In this document: in pieces, positions 7,443 through 17,500 of the stretch
How the letters are laid out: each line of letters starts with the position of its first letter
Numbering within the stretch: position 1 is the first letter of the stretch
Source: an uncultured virus (IMG/VR IMGVR_UViG_3300010262_000280)
Lineage: Duplodnaviria; Heunggongvirae; Uroviricota; Caudoviricetes
Length of the DNA: 64,000 nucleotides
Reading direction: 5' to 3' (one strand)
IMG/VR virus record: IMGVR_UViG_3300010262_000280
Translations under genes and position numbers: made by a program
Notes under the pieces: model-generated
Databases searched by the model: none
Told to the model about the DNA's origin: nothing
The model's input: the letters and a program-made list of their open reading frames with translations, nothing else

Positions 7443-10151
7443 TTAGGGGTGGAAAAGGAGTCGCGCGCCGACGTTGGAGCTCGTGTCGGAAGACGAGTAG
7501 CCCGCGCCGAAGAAGAAAAGGCCGGCATAGCCGCCGTAGCTCCAGTCGCCACCGACGCGGAGGACACGCCAGCCAGAGCCGTAGTAGGCGTAGTCCGGAA
7601 TATAGGTCGTCTCGCTGCCGCCGACCGCCGTGGGATAGAACGCCCAGGGCATGGCAGCCGCTACGCCGATGGCGCTAATGTAGCCGTTGTTTTGGATTTT
7701 AGTGCCAATGTTCGTGTAATTGTTTGCGGTGTCATCTGCATAGCTCGCAGGGTTCAGGCAGACATAAACGGTACCATCAGAGAAGTTGATGCCGTCGATC
7801 CACTCGAAGACATTGCCGTAGGGATTCTCGATGTGCCGGTACTGCACGGCGGTTTTTCCATCCGTCCCAGCTGCGCGTCCGGTGTGGTAGGTCATGCTGT
7901 CTGTGCCGCCGGAAGAAATGGCAGAGTTGTTGCTGTCCACATAGCCGCGCCCGATTTTGCTCTGGCTGTCCCAGTCGGAAAACTCCACCAAATAGAGCAG
8001 CCAGACCGCGCACCAAGACGCGAAGTCATACTCGCTCCACTTACTACCCTTTCCTCTGGCACCGGAACGAGCCGATGCGCGGGTCAGGTTGACCAGCGGC
8101 GCAGCGCCGGTCTTGGAATAATGGCCGGAGATCGTGTTGTAGCGGCCGACATACTTGCCGGAGCCGGGGTGCTTGGTGAATCCGCTCTTGGCCTTATCCG
8201 CGATGTAGAAGTACCGTTTCTTGTTGGCGGCATCGTCGATAATACGGAAGTAATACTCGGGGATAAAGACGACGGTATCGTAGCTGCTTCGGGAGAAGCC
8301 GCTCTGCCCCTTCTTGTAGCTTACGGCATTGTTGATGATGTTGTACTCGTCCATGCCGCTCCACGGGAGATAGTTGTCGAAGGGGGAGCTGCCGGCGCCG
8401 GTACCGACCGCAGGCGCGGGATTCGTGGTGATGTCGACATTGACCAGTCCGTTCGGATCGGTGGCCTTCTTCAGCCGTGTCAGAGCCGTCGACTGCGCAC
8501 TGTAATTCCAGCAGACACCGAAGACCTTGACATAGGACAGCTCCAGCGTATAGCCGGTGTAGGAGCTGCAAGCTACGCTGCCGGTGGCCGTCTCGCCGTT
8601 CTTGGTGGCAGTGACGCTCCACGTGCCGGTGTTCGGCAGGTAGAACTTTGCCGTTCCGCTGCTGGTGGCCGTGAGCGTGGTGGAGCCGTTGACCGCCTTG
8701 ACCGTAGAGCCGCTGTCGATGGTGACGGTGAGGGTGCAGAACTTCACCGTTGCGGTGTAACTGCCGCCGGAGGTCGTCACCGACGCGGACGCCGTGGACG
8801 AGGATACCCCGCTCTTGGTGGCCGTCACGGAATAGGTGCCGGCATAGTTGACGGTCAGCGCACACTTGCCGTTGCTGCCGCAGGTGCCGGTATACTGCTT
8901 CGTGCCAAGCGTGGCGGTCACGACAGCGCCGGATTCCGCCGTTACGGTCAGCGTAGCCGCGAAGTAGCTCAGTGTCACCGCGTACTGCTTGACCTGATCC
9001 ACGACCACGGTCTCGGTGGCGGTGGTCTGCCCGTTCAGCGTGGCATACAGCGACCATGTACCGTAGCCGGGGAGGTCAAAAACGCATTTACCGCCGACGC
9101 TGGTGCCGGTCAGAGTAGTCTCGCCGTTCGTACAGGTGATAGCCGATCCGGTGGCAACAGAAACCTCCAACTGCGGAGCCACGCCGCCGCCCTTGGGTTT
9201 CTCCCATGTATATACGCCGGTCTGATCGTTGGCTGCCGTGCAGTAGAAGGTCTGCATGGTGTCTGTGTTCAGATACGACTGGCCGACCGAGCCCTTCGTG
9301 CTGGAGGTCGGATCGGTCGTGCCGGTGAGCGGCTTACTTCCGTCCAGCCCCTTTGAGAGCGTGTCGAGGTCGCCGGAAACGCTGTCAAGGAAGGTGTCGA
9401 GCGATTCACCGTTATAGGTCAGGTCGGCCGCGTCGCTGGCGCCGGACAGCTTCCACTGATACTTGCCGCTGCTGTCCTTGCCGTTGCAGACGTATTCCTT
9501 GCCCGTAGCGCTGTCATAGTAGTGCTGCCCTGCGGTACCCTCGGTCGTGTCTGTCGGCGCTCCTGAGCCTGTTGCAAGTGGATAACCGTAGTCCTTTCCG
9601 GCGACTGCCGCAGAGATATTCCCGCTGCCGTCGCCCATCAGCAGACCCTTGACCATGATCTTGTCCTGCTTGGTCTTTACCGCCTCGGTGATGGCGGCGG
9701 ACATATCGCTCTGTGTGACGCAGGCGCTGGTGTCGACCGTCACCGTCCATGTGCCGGTATTCGAGCAGGAGATCAGCGCGTAAAAGGTGTAGACGAAATC
9801 CGGCGATTCTGTCTTGCTGGGGATGGGAACTCCCTGCTCCAGCTGGAACAGGGCGATCATGGCGGACGCTCCTCCGTCCACGCTGGCAGATACGCGGAAC
9901 TGATTCAGCGTATAGGCCGTATTCGGCGCAGCGATGCGGAGCTTCAGGCGAATGCCGGAAGATACCCTCTCGCCGCCCAGCAGGCTTGCGGTCTGCTTTT
10001 CATTGACGAGGGCGGTCTGTGCCATCATTGCCGCCGCCGCGACGGTGCCCTGCCCCGCAGCTGCGCTGTCGAAGTTCAGGGTCTTTTCATTCACCCACTC
10101 ATTGAGCAGGCTGTTGCCGGCGTTGGTGATGACGCCGTTCCATGTTGCCAT
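7443..10151 (-). CDS. Tail fibre / receptor-binding protein, DGR target (Ig-like repeats + C-terminal CLec-type domain)
   Basis: Follows baseplate genes; three ~75-aa beta-sandwich repeats; IENPYGNVFEWIDG ... RVGGDW ... VGARL C-terminus containing the VR. Confidence 0.9.
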   Translation of the reverse strand: MATWNGVITNAGNSLLNEWVNEKTLNFDSAAAGQGTVAAAAMMAQTALVNEKQTASLLGGERVSSGIRLKLRIAAPNTAYTLNQFRVSASVDGGASAMIALFQLEQGVPIPSKTESPDFVYTFYALISCSNTGTWTVTVDTSACVTQSDMSAAITEAVKTKQDKIMVKGLLMGDGSGNISAAVAGKDYGYPLATGSGAPTDTTEGTAGQHYYDSATGKEYVCNGKDSSGKYQWKLSGASDAADLTYNGESLDTFLDSVSGDLDTLSKGLDGSKPLTGTTDPTSSTKGSVGQSYLNTDTMQTFYCTAANDQTGVYTWEKPKGGGVAPQLEVSVATGSAITCTNGETTLTGTSVGGKCVFDLPGYGTWSLYATLNGQTTATETVVVDQVKQYAVTLSYFAATLTVTAESGAVVTATLGTKQYTGTCGSNGKCALTVNYAGTYSVTATKSGVSSSTASASVTTSGGSYTATVKFCTLTVTIDSGSTVKAVNGSTTLTATSSGTAKFYLPNTGTWSVTATKNGETATGSVACSSYTGYTLELSYVKVFGVCWNYSAQSTALTRLKKATDPNGLVNVDITTNPAPAVGTGAGSSPFDNYLPWSGMDEYNIINNAVSYKKGQSGFSRSSYDTVVFIPEYYFRIIDDAANKKRYFYIADKAKSGFTKHPGSGKYVGRYNTISGHYSKTGAAPLVNLTRASARSGARGKGSKWSEYDFASWCAVWLLYLVEFSDWDSQSKIGRGYVDSNNSAISSGGTDSMTYHTGRAAGTDGKTAVQYRHIENPYGNVFEWIDGINFSDGTVYVCLNPASYADDTANNYTNIGTKIQNNGYISAIGVAAAMPWAFYPTAVGGSETTYIPDYAYYGSGWRVLRVGGDWSYGGYAGLFFFGAGYSSSDTSSNVGARLLFHP
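7455..7593 (-). repeat. DGR variable repeat (VR) at the 3' end of the tail fibre gene
   Basis: 16 mismatches to TR, all at TR adenines (10 A>G, 5 A>T, 1 A>C). Confidence 0.97.
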
Positions 10152-10168
10152 AGTAAAACACCTCCGTG

Positions 10169-10756
10169 TCAGTATCGAATGGCGGCCGCGCTGTCGACCA
10201 GCTCGCAGCCGATACAGGCCGCGCCGAAATACTCTGTTGCCAGTCCTCCGGCGTCGTAGTATTCTACCTCGTCCAGCACCGAGCGCAGATTCTTGTAAAA
10301 GTCAACGCGGTCGATCACGCGCTGATGTCTGACGGGGTCGACATCCTCATAGGTGGCGTCGATCAGTAGCTTGAAGTGGTACGGCTTGCCACCGTATTCC
10401 CACCATTCGCTGACCTGCGTATCAGGGTAGATGGCGGAGATTGCCAGCACGACCGCCGCCTTGGTGCCGAGCCTGCGGTGAACATTCCATGAGTCTTTCA
10501 GCGTCCGGCGCTTTTCCTCCAGGGTGTAGTTGGCGTCCCACCAGTCAACCTTGAAGTCGTTCGCCAGAATGTCCAGCAGCTCGTTCGGGAGCCGGTCGAT
10601 CTGTGAGTAGATCGACACACGCTCGATCTCGCCTACGCGGGCAGCCAGCACCTCGGCAACGGCAGCGGCAAGTGCCGCCATATTGTCGTCATTGGCAAGG
10701 ACTGCCGGCAAGGAGGCCAGCAGGTTTTCCTTCGTGATGCCGTGCGCCTTATTCAT
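10169..10756 (-). CDS. Phage tail protein I (P2 gpI-like)
   Basis: LLDILANDFKVDWWD, HRRLGTKAAV, EWWEYGGKPYHF. Confidence 0.85.
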   Translation of the reverse strand: MNKAHGITKENLLASLPAVLANDDNMAALAAAVAEVLAARVGEIERVSIYSQIDRLPNELLDILANDFKVDWWDANYTLEEKRRTLKDSWNVHRRLGTKAAVVLAISAIYPDTQVSEWWEYGGKPYHFKLLIDATYEDVDPVRHQRVIDRVDFYKNLRSVLDEVEYYDAGGLATEYFGAACIGCELVDSAAAIRY

Positions 10757-11888
10757 CCTCGTAGCCCCCATTCGTGGCCGTGATGGTCCCGACCGACGCA
10801 ACCTGCGGCGTCGTGTCGTCGGAGCCGTCCCGCAGCGTGGTAAAGACCGGGCTGGTCAGCGCCACGCGCTTGATGCCGGTCTGCATGAGCTTTCCAATCA
10901 GCACGGAGGGGTTGATGTCGCGCCCCAGCTTCCCGCACTGCCACGCGACGAACTCAGCCACGGCCTTGTCGACCGCAGCCTTGATCTCTGTGGAGCTGAG
11001 GGAACTGTCCTTCGGCACATAGTAGGTGAAGGTGATATTGTAGCTCACCTTCTGCGGGTCCTTGACAGAGACCTTGTCCGTCAGCGGCCGCACCGTGTCA
11101 TCGTTGCAGGCGGCAAGGACGGCATTCTTGATCTCCGTGGTAGCGATGGTGCCGCCGTCCATGAGGACATAGAGGTCCACCGCTCCGTCGCTGGGGCTGT
11201 TCGCCACCACGTCGGCGATCTTGGTGCTGACCTGCTTGGCGAAGTAGATATACCCGCCCTTGGCTCCGGCGCAGCTGTAAGCGTCCTGACTGGCGCGCAT
11301 CAGCTCATAGAACTCGTCGTCAGTGGCCTGGTCTGCGCCGTCATCGCTGGCGGTAAGGTTTTCGCAGCGCTCACAGTAGTCGAACAGGTCAACGAAGGTG
11401 TTGATCTGTCCCACCGCGTAGCCGTTGCCGACCGCACCAACAGTCTGGCAGCGGATCTGCACATCGGCATAGGTCTCGCCGATGGACACATAGGCATCCG
11501 CGACCGTCTCCCATGTCAGCGTACCGCTGGCGTCGGTGACGCGCGTACCGGAAGGAATGAGGATCGCCGTGGTCTGTGCCTCGGAGATATGAAAGCGCTC
11601 GGTGCAGACCGCGGCCTGCGCCGCCGGGCGCTGCGTGACATAGAACAGCTCGGCCAGCGCGTCCAGGTTTTCCCCTTCCGCGCGGCTTGGGATATTCTGA
11701 TTGCCTGTGTAATTGTTCAGCCCGCGCTCCTGGATCACCACGGCGGCCACGAACTGGATAAACAGTTTTTCGGGGCTGGCAGGCTTCACGCTGACGCCGG
11801 TGATTTTTTCGTAAATGGAGATCAGCAGCGATTCCACCGCTTCGGTGTCGGTAGAAACAAACTGATATCCCGTATTTCTCTCACTCAT
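10749..11888 (-). CDS. Baseplate J-like wedge protein
   Basis: AEGENLDALA, GADQATDDEF, VRPLTDKV. Confidence 0.9.
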   Translation of the reverse strand: MSERNTGYQFVSTDTEAVESLLISIYEKITGVSVKPASPEKLFIQFVAAVVIQERGLNNYTGNQNIPSRAEGENLDALAELFYVTQRPAAQAAVCTERFHISEAQTTAILIPSGTRVTDASGTLTWETVADAYVSIGETYADVQIRCQTVGAVGNGYAVGQINTFVDLFDYCERCENLTASDDGADQATDDEFYELMRASQDAYSCAGAKGGYIYFAKQVSTKIADVVANSPSDGAVDLYVLMDGGTIATTEIKNAVLAACNDDTVRPLTDKVSVKDPQKVSYNITFTYYVPKDSSLSSTEIKAAVDKAVAEFVAWQCGKLGRDINPSVLIGKLMQTGIKRVALTSPVFTTLRDGSDDTTPQVASVGTITATNGGYEDE

Positions 11889-12201
11889 TGATGATGTTCA
11901 CCTCCACGGTAGGGATCAGCCTGCCCGGGGCGTTTCTGTCGGCCGCAAAGGTCACATTCACCACCTCGGCGCGGGGCTCATATTCTTCCACTGCCTCTTT
12001 GACCTCGGAATACATCATAGGCATAGCTACCGGCAGAGGCTTATCCACGAACTTCTGAGGAAGACCGAAGCCGCGATACAACGGGCAGGTCCCCTGCCGC
12101 GTGGAAAGGATAATGGCGATATTCTGCAAGACAGAGCGGACGGTGTCAGTCTCGTTGAGCTGCACCGCGCCGATGTCAGATGCGGTCACCTTGTAGCTCA
12201 T
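11881..12201 (-). CDS. Baseplate gpW/gp25-like protein
   Basis: ILSTRQGTCPLYRGFG, YEPRAEV. Confidence 0.85.
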   Translation of the reverse strand: MSYKVTASDIGAVQLNETDTVRSVLQNIAIILSTRQGTCPLYRGFGLPQKFVDKPLPVAMPMMYSEVKEAVEEYEPRAEVVNVTFAADRNAPGRLIPTVEVNIINE

Positions 12202-12208
12202 GGCAGCT

Positions 12209-12616
12209 TTACCCCCTCAGATACTCTTGCAGGCTGACGGACACGGTGGCGCTGGTGACGTTGCCGCGTCCGTCATAGGTTTTCATCTTCATCTTGTGAT
12301 CAAGCACGGACCAGCGATATTTCCCGTAGCCCTTGTTGCCGATCACCAGCGGGACGGCAATGCCGCCGCGCTCATAGTTCCACAGCTTCACGACCTCAGC
12401 GATAGGATCAACGCCAAGGTAAGCGGAGAGAACGATGTCGAAGGTCATCTTGTCGGGGTCAAGGCCGGTGAACTCCGTAAGGGCGTGTGTGCCGTGCCGC
12501 TGATGGGTCGCGTACCGGGCCGACCCAGACCAGGTGACATTATTGATCGTTTCGATCGTGCGGTCAGACACCGTAAAAACGATGTCGCCCAGACAGCCGA
12601 CCATTCCCATACTCAA
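12209..12616 (-). CDS. P2 gpU-like tail protein
   Basis: GCLGDIVF, EFTGLDPD, VSLQEY. Confidence 0.8.
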   Translation of the reverse strand: MSMGMVGCLGDIVFTVSDRTIETINNVTWSGSARYATHQRHGTHALTEFTGLDPDKMTFDIVLSAYLGVDPIAEVVKLWNYERGGIAVPLVIGNKGYGKYRWSVLDHKMKMKTYDGRGNVTSATVSVSLQEYLRG

Positions 12617-12963
12617 AAACCTCCTAACACAAAACCGTCCCCGTTGAATACCGGAAGGTATAGGCAGAGGACGCGGTCATTCACCTTCGGCATCCAGTAG
12701 GTCAGATGCGAGCCGGGCAGGTGGTCGTGGTCGGGGAATTCGCTGGCTGTGCCGCCGCCGGTGAAGGTGTCCGTGATCTCATGCGTGTGCTTTGCGTCCG
12801 GCTTTATGTAGAAATTCGCTCCGTAGTGCTGGAGCACATAGAGCCAGTCCGAAATGATGCCTGTGTCCTTAAACTTGACACGAGCCCTGCGCTTTGCGCT
12901 GTCGACGGCCGTTACCGTGCCGGTCTGAACGAGCCTCGAAAGGATATTCTGCAGTTCGTCCAT
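12613..12963 (-). CDS. Baseplate spike gpV-like protein
   Basis: GTVTAVD...ARVKF...SDWL...WMPKVNDRVLCLY...GFVLG. Confidence 0.8.
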   Translation of the reverse strand: MDELQNILSRLVQTGTVTAVDSAKRRARVKFKDTGIISDWLYVLQHYGANFYIKPDAKHTHEITDTFTGGGTASEFPDHDHLPGSHLTYWMPKVNDRVLCLYLPVFNGDGFVLGGF

Positions 12964-14312
12964 CAATATCCCTCCAATGTCTTGCGCAGCTTGACCTGCG
13001 TGGTATAGCCGGACGAGCCGACCGAGTGCGCAGCCTGCTCCACAATGTATTTCCCGTCCCACGCACCCCAGCCGGTGAGCTTGGCTGTGACGCCTGCCAC
13101 GATATCCGGATTGCCGGGCAGCGTAAAGGTCGCGGTCTTTGCGTACTTGTTGTGCAGCCGGAGATATTTTTCGGCCTTGGTCTTGGCCTCGGCCACGCTT
13201 GCCACCTTCGCGGTGATCTCCAGCTGCTGGTTGTTCTTGGCCTTGTCGTTGTAGTCCTCTACCTTGACGGTGGCCTCGATGCACTTTCCTGTGCCGGGGT
13301 CTGTGTAGCTGACGCGGCAGGAAGCGTACTGCGTTCCGGCCGTTCCCGCGTTCAGCTTGTGCTTGGTGTAGCTGCCGCTGCCGCGGACGATGGTCAGCAC
13401 GGGGGATTTCTTCTCGTAATCCTCCTGGTCGAAAAGTACGATCAGGTTATTGGTGGCTTTCAAAGAGATGCCCGCCTCGTGGCACAGCTTGGAGAGAAAG
13501 GCGATGTCGCTCTGCTTGTACTGCTCCACGCGGCCATAGGACGGGTCGCTGTTGGCGAGGAACATACAGGTCATTCCGTTGGCAGCGGCCATCTCGTTTG
13601 CGATGCCGGAAAGCGTGTAGGCCTCCCATGCCTTGGATTTCTCCGTCTGACGGATCTGTGCGCTGTACGGAAGAGCCGTCGCCTTGATGGTGATGGTGTT
13701 CGGCGGGCCGGAGGCGTCAACGCTGTCCAGCTCAAACTGTCCGCAGTCCAGCACCTTATCCCTGCCGCCGCCCGTCCAGTTCTCCCGAACGAACACGGCG
13801 CTGATCTTGAAGCCGGCGCCGGAAGCAGAGGCAGGAGCGGCGGCAGAAGCATCGCCGCCCCCGCCGCCGGATTCCTTGATGTACGATGCGCTGACATAGG
13901 CGGTTTTGCCGTTATAGCTGACCTTCGCCCAGCCGTTTTCGATGCCCTCGACCTGCAGCTCCGCGCCGCAGACCAGAGCACCGTATTTACCGTAGCTGGT
14001 GCTGGGGCCAGAGCGGACATTCAAGCCGCTTTTGGCGGTGACCTTGTAGGACTTTGCCGCACCATCGGTCTTGGCCTTGGAGGACGAGGACAGGCTCCCT
14101 GCGGAGGCTGCTGCGTCGATGGCATCGGCCAGCCACTTTTTGAGCCATATATCATCGCGGTCCTGAAGCTTCAGCTGCAGATCGTCAGTGCCGTCCGCCT
14201 CCTTGTCGGTGTAGGTGGCCGACAGGAAATAGGGGCGCATACTGCCGGTGATGTCCGCGCCCTGGAAAAATATCTGCGCCGTGACGCGGCGCGCCTGATT
14301 CGGGCTGCTCAT
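12963..14312 (-). CDS. Baseplate hub / late control D-like protein with inserted SH3b domain
   Basis: LDCGQFELD, QYKQSDIAFL, GNPDIVAG; SH3b LNVRSGPSTSY...GWAKVSYNGKTAYVS. Confidence 0.85.
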   Translation of the reverse strand: MSSPNQARRVTAQIFFQGADITGSMRPYFLSATYTDKEADGTDDLQLKLQDRDDIWLKKWLADAIDAAASAGSLSSSSKAKTDGAAKSYKVTAKSGLNVRSGPSTSYGKYGALVCGAELQVEGIENGWAKVSYNGKTAYVSASYIKESGGGGGDASAAAPASASGAGFKISAVFVRENWTGGGRDKVLDCGQFELDSVDASGPPNTITIKATALPYSAQIRQTEKSKAWEAYTLSGIANEMAAANGMTCMFLANSDPSYGRVEQYKQSDIAFLSKLCHEAGISLKATNNLIVLFDQEDYEKKSPVLTIVRGSGSYTKHKLNAGTAGTQYASCRVSYTDPGTGKCIEATVKVEDYNDKAKNNQQLEITAKVASVAEAKTKAEKYLRLHNKYAKTATFTLPGNPDIVAGVTAKLTGWGAWDGKYIVEQAAHSVGSSGYTTQVKLRKTLEGY

Positions 14313-14521
14313 CCGACCACCTGCTTCCACGGGGGCAGGGCGTCGCCGACATCCTCGGCAGGGTCGGGCAGCTTCAGCACGATCCCGGCCGGAAAGGTGT
14401 AGTACCCGAGATACTGCGGATTGAGATTCATCAGCCGGTCGGTGTACGCTTCGCTCCCCAGCTGGGAGAAGGCGATGCTGTCCCACATATCGCCCTGAAT
14501 GGTGGTGTAGGTCTTACTCAT
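14309..14521 (-). CDS. P2 gpX-like tail protein (LysM-like)
   Basis: YTTIQGDMWDSIA...LPPWK. Confidence 0.85.
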   Translation of the reverse strand: MSKTYTTIQGDMWDSIAFSQLGSEAYTDRLMNLNPQYLGYYTFPAGIVLKLPDPAEDVGDALPPWKQVVG

Positions 14522-17500
14522 TTGTAGGCCCTCCTTGCGGTGTCGATGCCGGCTTCCTCCATGACTTCAAGGACGCGCTCGGCGAACTCGTCTCCGTACT
14601 CGCGCAGAGCTTCCACCGTCTCGGGCGATGCGCCGCCGTTGATCTGAAACACGATCTGCAGCTCCACCGATCCGGCGCCGGAGCCTGCGCCCGGCTCTGC
14701 CGAAAGCGCGCCGTCGCCATGGATGGCGTGCAGTGCCTCCAGCAGCTGCGGGGCGAAGGTGATGGCCTGGATCTCCATGCTCTCGCGCATAGCGGCGGTC
14801 TCCTCGGCGGTCATGACCTGCTCGCCGCCGTTGAAGTAGACCAGCTCCGGGCCGTTTTCGCCGACGAGGGCAAAGCCGGGTGCGGCGGACTGCGTACCAA
14901 CTGCGTAGCCGGGAATGCTGCCGGCCGTTCCGGTACCGGACGCGGACAGTGCGGCTCTGGCTGCGGCGGCGACGCGGTTGTAGGCGGCGGTCACCTGGGG
15001 CAGCATACCGACAGCTCCGTCAATAAATCCCTGAATGGTGGCCTGCGCGCTTGCCTTGGCCTCGTCGCCAAGGTCCATCGCTTCGATGTCCTCAGCAAGC
15101 GCCGTCTGCAGCTCGTCCATGGTGGCCGTGAAGTCGGTCTTGAGGTCGGCTACGCTCCCCGCTGCGTTCTGCTGCTCCTGCTGCAGAGTCTTCCAGTTGG
15201 CTACCATCGTGGCCAGCTGCTCGTCGGTGGCGCCTGCCATACCGGCGATCGCGTTCACGCTGTCGGAGCTGCCGTCAGCAAAGGAGGCGATCATGTCGCT
15301 CAGCCCCTCGATGTCGGCGCTGCGGTCAGTCAGGGATTGCAGGTTGGCGTTGTAGTCCTGCCAGTAGGTGATCTGGCTCTCCAGCGCGGAATTGATGCTG
15401 CCTGCGCTGGTTGCAACGACCTTTGCGGCCTCGTCCCAAAGCTGATACTGTCCGGATATGCTTTCGTATGCCGCGCTGTACGCCTCGTTGTAGGACTCCA
15501 CAAGGGCATTGATCTTTTCCTGCACGCCGGAGATGGCAGCCTGGAACTCGCTGGCCTGTGCAGCAGCCTCCTCGGACGCGCCAGTGCCTTCGTTCATGGA
15601 GGCGGTCAGATTCTTGACCGCCTCTTCCGCGAGGGCGATCTCCGCCTCAGCCTCGGAAACGGCGTCTGCGTCCTCCTCCATCGCCTTGTTGTAATTCTTG
15701 ATGGACTTCTCAGCCGCCCATATCTCGTTGTTGGTATCGTAGATGGAGTTTTGCAGGTCGTAGTATTCCTGCGAGAGAAAAGCGGTCGCATCGGTGTAAT
15801 AGCCGTACTGGTCGTAATAGGCATCCGCCTGCTTCTGCGCGTCTGCCCACAGCGCATCCATCTGCGCGTAGGTATCAGACAGCTTCTGCTGGGCGGCCTC
15901 CAGACTGTACTGCGCCTTAGTGAGTCCGATGCTGTTTTCTTCTGCCTCGATCAGCACGGCGGAATACTGGGAGTACAGCTCGGTGAGCTGATCCTGATAG
16001 GCCTGCTGCATGGCATTCTGCTTCCACGCCTCGGTGTTGGCGCGGAGTGCTTCGGTGCCGCCGTTGATGGTGTCGGTTTCGAGGTCGATATAATCGGCCA
16101 GCTCCGGTACCACCTGGCAGAGCAGAGCCAGGGTGTTGTGGTACTGCCTGTGCTGCTCGTCGGTATTGAGCCCCGCCGCCTCCATCTCCTCCAGCTTGCC
16201 GATGTAGGTGTCTGCGACGCCTGCAGCGGCCATGGTGGAGGTAACGGTATCGTCATAGGTGGCCTTGGCCTCGTCCATCGCCTCCCGCATTCCGCGGGCG
16301 GCTTCGGTCAGCTCCTTCACACTGGGTACGGCGTCATTCGCCGCAGCGGTGGCCAGAGCAACGATGCCCGCCGTGATTGCGGCCACGGCAGCGGTAACGC
16401 CCATGATGACATTGACGCCGGGGATCGCCGCTGTGAGAATGGCACTGGCGGCTGCGGCTATCTTTGCAGCGACCGCATAGGCAGCCAGCGCGGCGACGAC
16501 CGCGCCGATCACGCCTACAAAGGCGGTGATGGCATTGACCAACGCCGGGTTCTTCTGAATGAACGCCGTAATGCTGTTGAGGACCTTCGTGCCGACGCCG
16601 TAAGCCTCGCTGAGCGCGGGAGTATAGGCGTCGCCGATGGCTACCTTGAGGTTGTTGTAGGCGTTCTGCATCATGGTCAACCGGCTCTGCGCGGTGGCGT
16701 AGCGCTTGTTGGCCTCGTTGGTGAGGGCGGTATTCTGCTGCCAGGCGGTATTTGCAGTGTTCACCGCGCCGGTCATCTGGTCTGCGGCAAGACCCAGGGC
16801 TTTGAGCATATTGCTCTGCCGGATGCCGGTCAGACCCAGATCTTCCAGTACGAGGACAGTGCTCTCGCCCTGCTCGTCCAGCTTGCCGAGCCCGCCGATG
16901 AAGGAAGTCAGGGCGCTCATGGCGTCGTTCTTCCACGCAGAAGAAAATTCTTCGGAGGACATACCCGCGATACGGGCGAACTCCGCGAGGTCGTCCCCAC
17001 CCTTTGCAACGGCCTTTTCAATGGCGTTGAGCGTCTGGGTCATGGCGGTACCGCCCGCCTCGGCTTCGATGCCGACAGAGGACATCGCCGCCGCCAGAGC
17101 CATGATCTCCGGTTCGGTCAGTCCGGCCAGCTTACCCGCCGACGCCAGGCGCGTACCCATCGCCACGATCTCGGATTCCGTCGTGGCGAAGTTGTTGCCA
17201 AGGTCAACGATGACAGAGCCGAGCCGTCCGTAATTGTCCGTTGCCATGCCGGTAATGTTGGCGAAGCGCGCAAGGGCGGTTGCTGCCTCGTCAGCCGTCA
17301 TGTTGGTGGCAGTGCCGAGCATGGTCATGATCTCGGTAAAGTCCAGCAGGGCGTCCTTTTGGATGCCGAGCTGTCCTGCGGCTTCGGCTACCGCCGCGAT
17401 CTCCTCTGTGGTGGCGGGGATCTCCGTGGACAGCGCCTTGATGGAATCCGACATTGCCGCCAGTTCCTCGTCTGTGAGGTCTGTGGTCTTGGCGACGCCG

